DNA of 64,000 nucleotides, taken from Magallana gigas. Its lineage: Eukaryota. The notes below the pieces were generated by a model. The model worked only from the letters and a program-made list of their open reading frames with translations, made no database searches and had not been told where the DNA came from. This document shows, in pieces, positions 38,312 to 49,955 of this stretch. The first letter of the stretch is position 1. The number at the start of each line of letters is the position of its first letter. The stretch spans positions 12,648,001 through 12,712,000 of the forward strand of contig NC_088854.1 of the NCBI RefSeq assembly GCF_963853765.1, read 5' to 3'. A program made the translations under genes and the position numbers.

Positions 38312-39812
38312 TACTCTCCCAAAAAAGAAACGCAACATGTATTATTTTACAAGTTTTTGTCAGATAGAAAAATAAATTTTAAATACTTAATACATTGCGT
38401 GAACAGTTCAATAATGTTCATAATGATAGTCTTTGTGTTAGTTGTAAACATTTAAAAGACAAAATTCAAAACAAAAGGTTTAACGAATGTTTATTTGCAC
38501 AATTACATCAGTATCTTGTGTGGCCACCGTTTGCTTGCAAAACTGTAGTAACTCGTCTCCGCATTGATTGAATCAAACGTTAAATTTGGCCCTGGGATAT
38601 TCTTTGCCATTCCTCGTGTAGTGCCTGCTGTAATTGCAGAAGAGTTTGCGGGGCTGGTTGACGCATGCGCACACGTTTATCCAACTGATCCCAGAGGTGT
38701 TCAATGAGATTCAAATCCGGGAAACTTGATGGCCAGGGTAACACAGTGACGTTGTGGTCAGCAAGAAAGTCGACAGTAACACGTGCTGTGTGCGGTCTGG
38801 CGTTGTCGTGCTGAAAAACCTCTCTCTGCGTGTTGATGACTGGGAGAAGGTGCGGCTGGAGGATCTCGTCGCAATACCTTTGCGCCGTTAAATTGCCAGG
38901 AACAAGAACCAGTGGCGTCCGTTGATTGTAAGAAATAGCGCCCCACATCATAACACTGCCCCCACCGAATCTGTCAACTTCTACCACACAGTTGTTTGCA
39001 AAACGTTCATTTTTTCGCCTGTAAACACGCACTCTGCCATCTCGGAGCTGTAACATAAATCTCCAATTCTCCAATTCCTTAGAGTCCAGTTCCTAACTGT
39101 GTTGCACCATCCAACCCGTGCACGCCGATGTTGTCTCCCCAAGATAGAACCAAAATAAGGTCGTCTGGCTCGCAGTCCAACTTCTCGCAGGCGATTGCGC
39201 ACTGTTTGTGCGGATATTCTGCGAAGGCCAGGTATGCTTGAAGCAGTCTGTGTTGCTGTAACTGTCCTGTTGCGTAGATGGAGAATACGTATATAGCGAT
39301 CCTGTTGCGCAGTTGTAATACGCGGACGACCAGTTCGCGGCCTATAATTTGACGTCCCAGTCTGTAAATATCTCTGCCAGAGACGAGAGATTGTACTCCT
39401 GTGAACATTATAATGTTGAGTAACAACATATTGTGACTCCCCAGCTTCGGGACGCCCTATTGCGAAACAAAGTCTAATCTAGGCATACGTAAAAATCGTC
39501 CTTCAGCTAACAAGGGCAAACATTTAATTCATGCGATAGTATTATTTTGTAAACACACATCACACATAAAAATTAACAAAAATGTAGGCGTGTAAAGCGC
39601 TTTCCACTTTCTTGAAACACCAATCGAACAATGTTCCTATTTTAATTTCGCAACAGTTACAGTTGATCGCACATCAGATTTGCCATTTAAATTCATTCCT
39701 GGTAATATGAAAACCCAAGCATATCATTAAAAAACTTGCTTTCAGTTCTTTTATATACAAACATTTCTTTTGCAAAAATGATACCACATTGCGTTTCTTT
39801 TTTGGGAGAGTA
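38312..39812 (-). mobile_element. Full-length Tc1-family DNA transposon (~1.5 kb), inactive
   Basis: 24-bp perfect TIR TACTCTCCCAAAAAAGAAACGCAA at 38312-38335 and 39789-39812; TA on both flanks; encloses a Tc1 transposase. Confidence 0.95.
38508..39486 (-). pseudogene. Tc1 DD34E transposase pseudogene
   Basis: MPRLD...HRSTISRLWQRY..TG....RPRTGRPRITTAQQDRYI (HTH); GGGSVMMWGAIS; FQHDNARPH-(34 residues between D and E)-PDLNLIEHLWDQL; ends ...GGHTRY* at 38508. Early stop/frameshift near the start, the first catalytic Asp segment is missing at ~39061-39076, and there is a premature stop at 38580. Confidence 0.92.
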
Positions 39813-40398
39813 TATATATGATCGTCTATTGCAGATGACATGACAAATATGTACTGCCAATAACAGGGAAACAGTACATTATTTCGATTTCACGTTTTCT
39901 GTACACAACAGCTGATAATCAATGTTAGTTGAAAGCTTTAATCACGAAAGGAATTGACATATTTTCTAAGCGTTTTTTCGTGATTTCATTCTTATCTCAT
40001 CTCACTCGTTAGAAGAGTTCAATTGAACGGTGTATAGCTATTTTGTACCACGATATAATGCTATCAATCCGGAACAAAATGGAGTTTCAAACGGATGTCA
40101 GAATAATTGTGACGATGTAGCCTTCCACCTTAAACCACGACCAAACCCAAATCAAATAATAAGAAAGGATATACATGTATTCGAAATTAAATTTCTGAAT
40201 TGAAAGCAAATTAGTTGTTTTACAAAAATATAAATAATTTTCTGTTTTATGTTTGGACAGTTTCACTTAATTCAAAGAGTAGTTTGTATTATTTTACTTG
40301 CATGATCGTCACTAAATACAATTCTTTTACCTCAAGGAATCCAAAAGATAAGACAAATACCTACATAAAGCTTATATTAGATAGTTGGTATGACTTAA

Positions 40399-41314
40399 GA
40401 GCATGTCTACGAGAAAACCATGCAAAAGGTGGTGGGAGCAAGGTTCTCTGATCAACTTCATATTTTGTGTGTAACAGTGTGCATCTATATGAATTAATTT
40501 GCCACAAATTTTTTTTTGATGTGGTCAGTCTAAACTTGGTTCTGCAGCACTGTTACTAAAAATAGCATTTTGACCCTTTTAAGAATAAAATTTTGTATAA
40601 TTCACCAAATTATTGTTAGGAATTCTGAGTTTAGTTTAAATACGAATTCAAAAAGTCATTTAGAGTTAACACTAACAAGATACACTTATGTAATTCATTT
40701 TGTGAGAATTCCCATATATTCTTTCTGCTAAGTGCAGATAGGTCACGAATCTGGCATGTTTCCAACTTTTTGTAAAATTGTAAAAATATATATTTTTTAA
40801 ATGCTTAAAAGTCAGAAAATGGCACTTTAAATTCACTTAATCTGTTTCTAGTTATAAAAGGACATTTATCTTTACAATATATCAAAAATCGATCTTTGGA
40901 TTCTCAATAATATTGCAAATATATTGTCTTAAAGACATTTTTCTACTTTTATAACTCCAAAATCTGTAGTTTTGCGTTAGCTTTACATTGTCACATGTAT
41001 ATTATAGGGAAAAAAACCTGACATATTCGCGAGCCAAACAATATTTTACTGAACTAAAGGATTGCTTCAACACATTTCAGTTTTTTTTTTAAATCAATGC
41101 CATTAAAACACGAGAAATCATGGGAAAATGGGAAATTGAATATACATGTAAGCTGAAGTGGACTTGTTTGCCAGCGCTACACATTAAGACAAACAGAGTG
41201 CCTATTAGATACACGAATGAATAATTACAGGGGCAAAACTACAAAATTCAAAGTACTGAAGTACTTAAAGCCAGGCTCTTTTCGTGTGTAATTTTACATA
41301 TTGTTTACTACAGA

Positions 41315-41380
<66 letters not shown>

Positions 41381-43706
41381 TAATTCGATAAACATAGTGA
41401 TACATGTATTATGTATTGATCTTTTCATTTTTTTATACTTGAACTGGGGATCTTTTAATTCAGGAAGTAGGACCAAATTTCAAAGCCCCCCCGCCCAAAA
41501 AAAAACAAAACAAAACCCCAAAACCAATAAAAAAAAAAACCCAAAACAAGCAAACAAACAAAAACAAAAGGATCACCCCCATGAAAAAAAAAATGATTAA
41601 ACATATCTTTGTTGAATTTTAACAGACGATTTTTTAAAATGTGGAAGTGGTGTGGAACCAATTTGCCAATGAATGTCCACATTAAATGATCATAGAATAA
41701 GGTAGATTTGGTAATTATGTTTGTCCGACAGTATAAAGGATTGAACTTTTATTGTTTGAGGGGTAGAGGGACCCGATATCAAGCCTGAAAATTTTTTAAT
41801 AAAAAATATGATACATCATAAATTACGCTCAAAATTTGTAAATATCAGCAGAATATCAGCGTAATATAATATAGAGACACATTTTATGAGCATTTCATTT
41901 TTTCATTTTTTTTAATCACAAGACAATAAGAGAGTGTAAAAATTTTAACTTCTTTATTAGACTGCTACATAACTCTGGGACCAGGTCTTCTTATGATGGG
42001 TTATAATTAAATAACATCCCAAAAAACAATCCCACAAAAACAAGTTATGATGTCTATATTAATATTTGGGATAACTTTTTATACCGGTAGTTTATGTTTA
42101 TATTTATATGCGGTTTTCGCAGGTTGAGATCCCCGGGGGAAAGGGTAACCTAACACCTCATTTTTTCCTTTACAACTATATCTTAATTTTAAGAAAAGGT
42201 ACAAACTTTAATTTATTTCCAAGAGGAGATAAACTGCTAATAGAGAGGTAGGGAGTAGAGCTCTTTATTTATTTCAGATGTACTTACTGTGTTACATTCT
42301 CAAGAACTTAAAAAACCCTGACCCCCTCCCCGTCATTTCAAAATTCCATGAAGTCTAACCTTAACATCTGAAGGGTAGTTTTTAGATGGCCAGTGAAATG
42401 TACACGTATAGAAATGTGATGTCTATTGTAACAGACTCCGATGATAACGATGAAAAATTGCACGAAGCATTCCTAGTGAATTCCGAATTATTTCAACATA
42501 GAAAGAATAATCTTAGCGTGACCAGGCTACGCTCAGGTCAAACCGGGTCCGTAGGACATCTGTCATTTTCAACATACCTCATTATAAATTAAATCTTTGT
42601 ATGAAATCAGTTCTCGTTTTTGTGCATTTTTTTCGAGTAAAATATGATAATCTGTGAATGAGATTATCTTGGAAAACTTCCCCTTCATCTTATTTAATTG
42701 CACTTCTATCACAAGTTTGTATATTTTGATTAAAATTCGTCCAAATGTGCTGCTTAATTATATCGGGACAGAAAATAACAGTTTATAGACTAGATACAAG
42801 TCTCCATCAAACTTCAATTTGGATATAGCGAATAACACTAACAAGATGGGCAATTTTTGTGCAATTAAAATCATTCAATATCATAACATATATTAACAAC
42901 ACTCACAGCATCTTAGCCTGAACTTGAACTTGTATATTAGCTTTGTCAATATTCTGACTAATTTACCTTCTCTACAGAAGAGTGCAACAGGGGAGACAAT
43001 TCTAACAGTAGTAATGAAATGCAAATGTAATGAATAAGAATTCTTTGAGAAACAATGATAACAACTAGTTTTTTTTTAAATTAAAAGCAAAATAGGGTGT
43101 TTTTTCATGATTAATTACAAATATTGACTTCAGTGGATAAAAATCGCTTGTAAAATAAAATTTCAAAAACCAAAACATTTTTATTTTATTTGAAAATGGG
43201 ATGTTTTTGTTAATTTATAACTTTTTAGTCCTTGAGAGTCCAAAGATGGATTTTATATATTTGTAACAATACATCAAACAGTTTCTTATTAACACAAAAT
43301 TTCAAAAAATAATGCGCCATTTTCAGAGAAATTCTTTCTGAAAAATTGACAAAAATGTATAATTATCATTTCTTGGCATCCTGCCAACATTTACACCCTT
43401 GGGACTTCATAATGTAAATAGAAATATGAAAAAAAATATGCAACGATTAAAGGTTTGAACTTCCTCTTTAAAAATATAGTCTTATTTTTTTCAAACAAAA
43501 TGTTAATTTTTCTTTTAACTTTTCTGGATTTTAGAGGCTTATTAACCAGAATGCAATACTGGCTGTCACTATAAATAGAAACATCCAGTGCAAAAACAAA
43601 TATCATATATCTGACTCTAGATGGGTATCCTTTAAATATATGATAAAATCCTGTTCATTCCCGCAGCTTTTTTCCATATTTGCATGGTTTTCTCGTAGAC
43701 ATGCTC
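40399..43706. mobile_element. 3.3 kb Kolobok-type TIR element (no intact transposase seen)
   Basis: Perfect 28-bp TIR GAGCATGTCTACGAGAAAACCATGCAAA (40399-40426 and 43679-43706), flanked by TTAA at 40395-40398 and 43707-43710; 5'-GA (RR) terminus. Confidence 0.85.
41318..41378. repeat. (TC)n microsatellite inside the Kolobok-type element
   Basis: Perfect TC run. Confidence 0.98.
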
Positions 43707-44871
43707 TTAATTGCACCAAAGGAAATAAACAAACCATCTTAATAAGGACATTTTCATTATTTTTTTTTACATTCTATTTATATCTTTTTGCCCAAGTTAT
43801 GTTTTTGCGTGTTTACAGGGTATATAATTCTTGAAGAAAAGTTTCTGTGAAGAATCTTCATGTATATGATTTTTCTTTCCAAGCAGATTTAGTTTACCTT
43901 GTCAAGCAGCTCAGAGATGACCGCTATGGACATGAGCACTAAGATAGAACTCGGGACATTGAATAAAACACTGGAAGGCTGTCGGTGAATAATGAGAAAT
44001 GTCACGTGCACATTATAAATTGTAATAAATTTACTTTGTTATACATTTATTATATGACATCCACCTACAACCTTTGTAGGTTAAAAGGGCATGGAGGATG
44101 AGATCATATCAGTGGAAACTTTTCATACAGCGGATAATGAAAAATCTGCAATCATTTTGGCCATTTTCAAACGACAGTAAATAAATATCACTTTTTATGC
44201 ACTATAGACGTAACTTCGATATTAACCATAGGCCTGTTTTTTTTCAAGATAAATAAAAAATGTTTGAGCTTAAATACAATTAACTTACCAAATATGAAAT
44301 TTGGTATATACCAAGGCAAATCCACATGTCCAAGAATGACAGGTATATGTAGAAATGCTTCCTGTAATCTGGACATTGTTGAATGGTTTTTCCTTTAAAA
44401 AAAAAATCGCGTCACGGAAAAAAAAATTTTGGGAAAAAAATTGTCTGCAACTAAAATGTAAACAACAATTAAGTTGAGCATATTTCAAAATGTTTGATCA
44501 AACATATTATAATTAGTCAGAGACAATCCAAGACTTTTCTATAGGGAAGGTCATTTACTGAGACTATCGTATACAAAATAAAACAGCAACAAACAGAAAC
44601 CACGTACATTGAAATAAACAGTATTTGAGACCAGAACATTATAATTTTATACGAATTATATTCGTTTCTGCTTGCGTACAACGGACTTGCCCAATTTCTC
44701 TGGGTGAGGTTCTTTACTTCCTTCAATGTCACGCAAACGCTGCGCAACGTAAAGGAAAAATTTGTTTTACTCGGAAAACATACTACTAGGACTACTAGGT
44801 AAATCATAAACCTCACTGGGGGTGGAAATAGGTCAAATCATTCAGAGTACATATTATATGATCTACTTTCA

Positions 44872-45070
44872 TTTTTAGCTCACCTAAAATGAAAGCTCAA
44901 AAGAGCTTTTCTGATCATTTTTTGTCTTTAAATGGTTTACGTTTTTCACATCTTGAACCACTGGACTAGGTTTAACTAAATGTGGCACAAAATATTCTAA
45001 CGTAAAGAGAATTCAAGTTTGTTAAAATAAATGTTCAAACTTTTTTAAGGGAGATCATGAAGATTAACTA
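44872..45070 (+). mobile_element. Degenerate HINE-type left end
   Basis: TTTTTAGCTCACCT..TGAAAGCTCAA..GAGCTTTTCTGATCA..TTTGTC, followed by AATTCAAGTTTGTT; resembles bivalve Helentron non-autonomous element starts. Confidence 0.5.
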
Positions 45071-45632
45071 TTCTAGGGATAAAAAAAAGCTTGCCAAATG
45101 TGCTTATATGCAATAGTATGCGAAAAATGTGCATATATGCAATATTACGCGAAAAAACAGCTAATATATATTTTAATATATGATCAAAAATCCCTAAAAT
45201 AAAATAAACAATTAGTTGCCAAGGTTTTCCAAATTTTGAAATTCAAGTGAAGTCACTTCAATTAAATTGGATCAAAAGTTTTTTAGTGCAAATGAGGCAA
45301 AGTGAGAAAAGTTAATAAACGCTTTCACAGGAACTATGAATAACACTCATCTCCTCTTAACACGTTCAAGGAAAAAGAAATTGTTTGAATGAAATCAGTC
45401 TAAATCCTCCTATTTTCACAGAGTGTCTATAGTTTAACAATTATATATGTATGGAAAACAAACCAATCTTTTTCTCAGAGTGGTATAAACATGGAATAAT
45501 GTTTTTAGAGGATATTCTTAACAACAATGGTACTCTCTTAACTTAAGATGAGTTTTATGAACGATTCAGATTCAAACCATCATTTTTGCAATATACTAGC
45601 TTTCTTTCTTTAATTCCGAAAACCTGTCAAAA

Positions 45633-45685
45633 CATCTTCGCTAGCCAAGGGTTTTCGGACCGAAAACCTTTGGCTAGCGAAGATG
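45633..45685. repeat. 53-bp near-perfect palindrome with 7-bp flanking direct repeat (minimal TIR-only insertion)
   Basis: CATCTTCGCTAGCCAAGGGTTTTCGG-A-CCGAAAACCTTTGGCTAGCGAAGATG (26-bp arms, one G.T mismatch); GTCAAAA at 45626-45632 and 45686-45692. Confidence 0.85.
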
Positions 45686-45820
45686 GTCAAAAAGGGAAAC
45701 ACATATTCTTTCAAGTGAACGGGACCAAAACTACACTTTGAATATTCAGGGAAAGCTTGTACCTTTATGTAAGCTAACTTGCAAAGATATTTACTGGATT
45801 TTGCTCAACAGCTGCAGGGA

Positions 45821-45890
45821 TTTAACCCCCTGTATTAAAAATTGTCGGAAATTTTTAACCCCCTGTATTAAAAATTGTCGGAAATTTTTA
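45821..45890. repeat. 33-bp tandem duplication
   Basis: TTTAACCCCCTGTATTAAAAATTGTCGGAAATT at 45821 and 45854. Confidence 0.95.
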
Positions 45891-46110
45891 GTTTAGAAAT
45901 TCCTACATCTGATTACAAAAAAATATTCAATTACCTTTTTCAGTGCTGCACAATCTCTTCAGTTAAAATTATTACACATGTACATATCAAGTCTTTATGT
46001 AAAATGGAACTCAGACCAAATTCTAATTGTAATATTTGTAATGAAATTGACCCAATACACAACAGATCTTTCCTATGCAGAAGCATGTAAGTATTTTGGA
46101 AAGACTTAAT
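45890..46110 (+). pseudogene. Old LINE ORF2 3' (zf-RVT-like) relic
   Basis: LCKMELRPNSNCNICNEIDPIHNRSFLCRSM*VFWKDL resembles the CxxC...H...C..FW end of L1/Tx1 ORF2. Confidence 0.42.
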
Positions 46111-46239
46111 ACTGTAAACGTTTTATATTCGGCCTATACGATATTTCGCAGAAATTAGTTTTTGAACAAGTTGACGTGGATTTGAATTAGCGTATTCCTG
46201 AATGTGAGTATTCTTATACATTTAAGCATGGCATTTAGC

Positions 46240-46575
46240 GATGTACTTTAATTTGCGGAAGCCAAATCCTTTGCAGAGAGAGATTTGAAAGAAAAAAGGG
46301 AGATGTGGAACAACCACAGTATTCGGCGGCAGAAACTAGGTGATACAATCCCAGGAATTCTAGATGTCCTATTTCACAATCCAGAAATTTTCGGAGCATC
46401 CAAGTACTTATATACAGTACCTGAAAATATGTCGATTAGTTTGCTGAGACTAGTTAGGAACGATCATCTTCAAATGGATGGAGACTTTATGAAATTGGCA
46501 TCATCAATTATTGAAATTTATGGCCTTTCTTCCCCATATGACTTGATAGACTGGACCACTGCCAGGCACTTGTAA
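46240..46575 (+). pseudogene. C-terminal relic of an integrase-core-type DDE transposase (possibly IS3EU-like)
   Basis: RDLKEKREMWNNHSIRRQK...PGILDVLFHNPEIFGASKY resembles the ELxE(F)RExWNxHxIR..G.P..L(F/Y)..PE..G...Y segment after the catalytic Glu of invertebrate integrase-core proteins. The N-terminal part is absent. Confidence 0.5.
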
Positions 46576-46606
46576 AAATTTCTAAGCGAGATAATTTCAT
46601 ATTTAT

Positions 46607-47228
46607 TTTATTTACAGTACAGTATGTATAAACCAAGTGTCATTTTCTGTAACTTAGGGTGTGTTTGTAACCTAGTGTGTGTCATGATACCTTCTTTTGT
46701 TTTTATCTTAACATGCATGCTCTCTAACTTTGGCCAAAGGTGGCCCTTTATTCACTTGAAACATTGTTTTGGGAGTAATTTTTGTGGAATGACCTTTAAC
46801 GAAGTTGCCTGGTCAGAGGTTAATAGTTTAAGACCAAACTGCAAGTACATTTAATATCTTTTAAAATGCTTTTCATTCTTTGGATGACCTTTAAGGCCTT
46901 TTAGGGTCCATTGAATTGACCATTTATTTACAGTACAGTATGTATTAACCAAGTGTCGTTTTCTGTAACTTAGGGTGTGTTTGTAACCTAGTGTGTGTCA
47001 TGATACCTTCTTTTGTTTTTATCTTAACATGCATGCTCTCTAACTTTGGCCAAAGGTGGCCCTTTATTCACTTGAAACATTGTTTTGGGAGTAATTTTTG
47101 TGGAATGACCTTTAACGAAGTTGCCTGGTCAGAGGTTAATAGTTTAAGACCAAACTGCAAGTACATGTAATATCTTTTAAAATGCTTTTCATTCTTTTGA
47201 TGACCTTTAAGGCCTTTTAGGGTCCATT
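46607..47228. repeat. Tandem duplication, period 316 bp, about 99% identical
   Basis: Copies start at 46607 and 46923 (TTTATTTACAGTACAGTATG) and end at 46912 and 47228 (GGTCCATT); about 4 substitutions by eye. Confidence 0.95.
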
Positions 47229-47609
47229 ATATTTGCCATGATGTCTTTAGATGAATTTTGGCATTTTAAAGTCGGTAGAATAGCAAATATGAAAATTATG
47301 TCAAATGGACTTTTAAATGTTGACAATTCTATGGTATACTGTTCTAGACCTATCAGTCCTGGATTTTTAAAAAAAATTATTCCATGCAACTCTCATTAAA
47401 CAAATAAACATAACAATGAAATTGTTAATCTAAATAGAAATTAAACATTGTAAATTTTTTATTTCATTTCATGGGAACTGACCCCTTTCCTTTATTAGTA
47501 GAATTTATTGCATACATAGGATTCAATCATTGTGTTCTGAGCTTTTCCAAATGATGTCTGAACAGGATTTCTTTTGTGAATTTGCTTTCTTTTTCATGCA
47601 TTCCTGTAA

Positions 47610-47783
47610 AGCTGTTTGATCTATTATCATGATAAACCTGTATACCAAATTTCATTTTAATATGTTCATCCTCTGCGAAGAAAATGAACGGAAACTGTTG
47701 GTGGACCGACCGACCGACCGACTGACAGACCGACCGACAGCAGCAAAGCAATATGCCTCCCTTCTTCGAAGGGGGGCATAATA
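47610..47783 (-). mobile_element. HINE (Helentron non-autonomous) 5' end fragment
   Basis: Hairpin TATGCCTCCCTTC-TTC-GAAGGGGGGCATA (47752-47780) adjacent to a (GACC/GACA)n microsatellite at 47704-47738. Confidence 0.75.
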
Positions 47784-48099
47784 ATCGAGAATGCCATTTG
47801 ATTAATCCATTACCTTGTCTACTTAGAGGAGACGAAAAAAAAACATTAAAAAGGAGCAAAATTTATCAATGTATGGTCTAACTTTACGAGATAAAAATGC
47901 AATGATAAAAATGCACAGTCTGGTGACCAAACAATTTAATATTTTGAAACTTTTCACTTTGAAAGTATCTCGATGCTTTAATAAGTATATTAAATCAAAC
48001 AAATTTGAAGCAAATTCGATTCCAGTGGCATTAGTTTCACAATTTTGGTAGATGATTCGATTCTTATCCTTAGGATGTACTCAGTTTGACTACAATATA

Positions 48100-48490
48100 T
48101 AATTATGCCCAATAGCAGAAAGGATTTTAAGATTAAATGTTTGCACATTCACTTTATTACCAAAGATCTCCTACCTACCACTATAGGACCTGATTTTGGG
48201 GGCAAGGAATTTCGTTATTTTCATTGATGCTTCCTTGTTTATCGGAATCGTACTTCATTCCTCTTCTAGATTGCTAGTACAGTTCTAAACCAAATTCGTT
48301 ACTCTCTGGGGTTGTGCAATATTTCCTAAACATTTTAATATATTCCTCTTACTTTACAGATTTCATTCGCCAAATCTTTTAAATTATAGGCTTTTTTGGC
48401 TCAGAGAAGTTGAAAAACGTGTAAATTTGTTAACACACGAAACACAATCATAATGACGAATAGCCATATGTCACCCGAGTCACAAAATCT
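48100..48490 (+). mobile_element. Degenerate HINE-type repeat ending in a GTCACCYGAGTCAC hairpin remnant
   Basis: GGCTCAGAGAAGTTGAAAAACGTGTAAATTTGTTAACAC...GAATAGCCATATGTCACCCGAGTCAC; a related end recurs at 49989-50015. Confidence 0.4.
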
Positions 48491-48616
48491 CATAGGACTT
48501 CAACTCGTGGTCTTAGGTTTACAAACTAAGCTTATTCGCTTCCTATAAAAGACGTTGATACATGTATGTAAATGCAATAATAAGCTAAAGTCATCTTTAT
48601 AAAATATGTTGAAAAT

Positions 48617-49075
48617 ATCACCATCTTTTATGATTGTTTACATTACTGGACCTCTAAATGTAAAACAGCAAAGAGTAAGCGAGAAGAGGGTTATAATTTT
48701 ACCGGTATTACAACAATGACAAAATGACATGTTTCACCATCTTTTGTGATTGTTTACATTACTGGACCTCTAAATGTAAAACAGCAAAGAGGGAGCGAGT
48801 AGCGGGTTATAATTTTACCGGTATTACAACAATGACAAAATGACATGTTTCACCATCTTTTATGATTGTTAACATTACTGGACCTCTAAATGTAAAACAG
48901 CAAAGAGGGAGCGAGTAGCGGGTTATAATTTTACCGGTATTAACATAATGACAAAATAATATATTTCACCATCTTTTATGATTGTTTACATTACTGGACC
49001 TCTAAATGTAAAACAGCAAAGAGGGAGCGAGAAGAGGGTTATAATTCTACCGGTATTACTACAATGAAAAAATGA
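48617..49075. repeat. Minisatellite, 4 x 116 bp
   Basis: CTGGACCTCTAAATGTAAAACAGCAAAGAG starts at 48646, 48762, 48878 and 48994; a fifth partial copy lies at ~50150-50218. Confidence 0.95.
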
Positions 49076-49079
49076 TAAT

Positions 49080-49955
49080 AACAAACTTTCAACTATCTCA
49101 AAAATCCATAAAACGAAATACAAATTCAAAGCATAGCTAACATGGACCTCTTAAAGGTTGCGATAGGATCAGGTGCCATGGAGGAGTGAGAATCCTCTGC
49201 TGACCGGTCACACCCGCCGTGTGCTCTTTGTCGTAATCGAGAAAAAAAAAGGAAAACTCTGTTGACAATTAGGTGATTAATTATGGTCTAACAATTAGTA
49301 TGAAAAACGTCAGTCAGCATGCGACCCAGTGGAAGATTGTACTTGCTGATAAGGTCGTTGTATCGACCATAGAACTTACGAAAAGATGACTTCAAACGAA
49401 ACTGATGATAGTCCTGTTTTATCAACTTGTTTGTCAGTAGCTTGCCTCGCCTAAGAAACTGATCATACGAAGAACATGCCCTTGTCTATCGAATTAACTG
49501 AGAGACAAAAACACCATAAGCAGGTGATGAAGGTATATTGCTACATAAGTAAGGAAAGTTGACTATAGAAAAATTGATTCATCTCGTTAATCATAAAGTT
49601 TTGTTGTTAGGTTACCATCAACGTCCATTTCCAGTAAAATATTCAAATATGAAACAGATGACGCAGACTCAGTGGTATCTTATTTCAAGTTCACTTGGAT
49701 TATATCGAGTCGACGTAAGCATGGAAATAACAATTATTAATTGATAATACGTCGTCAATATACCCAAATGTCGAGTTGAAGGCCACAGCGAGTGATTTTT
49801 TTTACACGTAAAAGTTGTTTAATAAATTCTGCTTCATACAAAAATAGGTCTGCTAACAATGGGGCACAATTGGTACCCATGGGAATTCCAACAGATTGTT
49901 GGAAGACTGGATTTCCAAAAACTACATAGATCTTGTCTATCAGAAACTCAAGCAT
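49080..49955 (-). mobile_element. 5'-truncated Penelope-like retroelement (RT C-terminal half and 3'UTR), decayed
   Basis: Minus-strand LEFLIDKIYVVFG..FQQSVGIPMGTNCAPLLADLFLY, then YIDDVLSINN, ELEIKDTTES..SYL..L, YD*RD.F.FSIVNFPYLCSNIPSSPAYGVFVSQLIR, FRKFYGRY; stop at 49288-49290; UTR carries the GGATCAGGTGCC motif. Confidence 0.85.

Noticed and set aside
39079-39429. 116 aa minus ORF
   Set aside because: Alternative frame of the Tc1 transposase N-terminus.
41294-41682. ORFs with ER and SL repeats
   Set aside because: Translations of the (TC)n microsatellite and A-rich low-complexity sequence.
43898-44816. Signal-peptide-like minus-strand segments (MSRVLSLVLMSIAVISELLDK|GT at 43898-43960; MIYLVVLVVCFP at 44771-44807; 99 aa ORF)
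   Set aside because: No convincing downstream exon chain could be built; hydrophobic bias is expected from AT-rich DNA. RNA-seq would be needed.
48617-49075. Regular arrays (116 bp here; also ~160 bp and ~180 bp) as CRISPR candidates
   Set aside because: Whole units repeat with no unique spacers, no cas genes, eukaryotic context.
49397-49408. CGAAACTGATGA inside the Penelope remnant, hammerhead-like words
   Set aside because: GAAA directly precedes CTGATGA with no room for stems, and it lies within the RT coding frame on the other strand.
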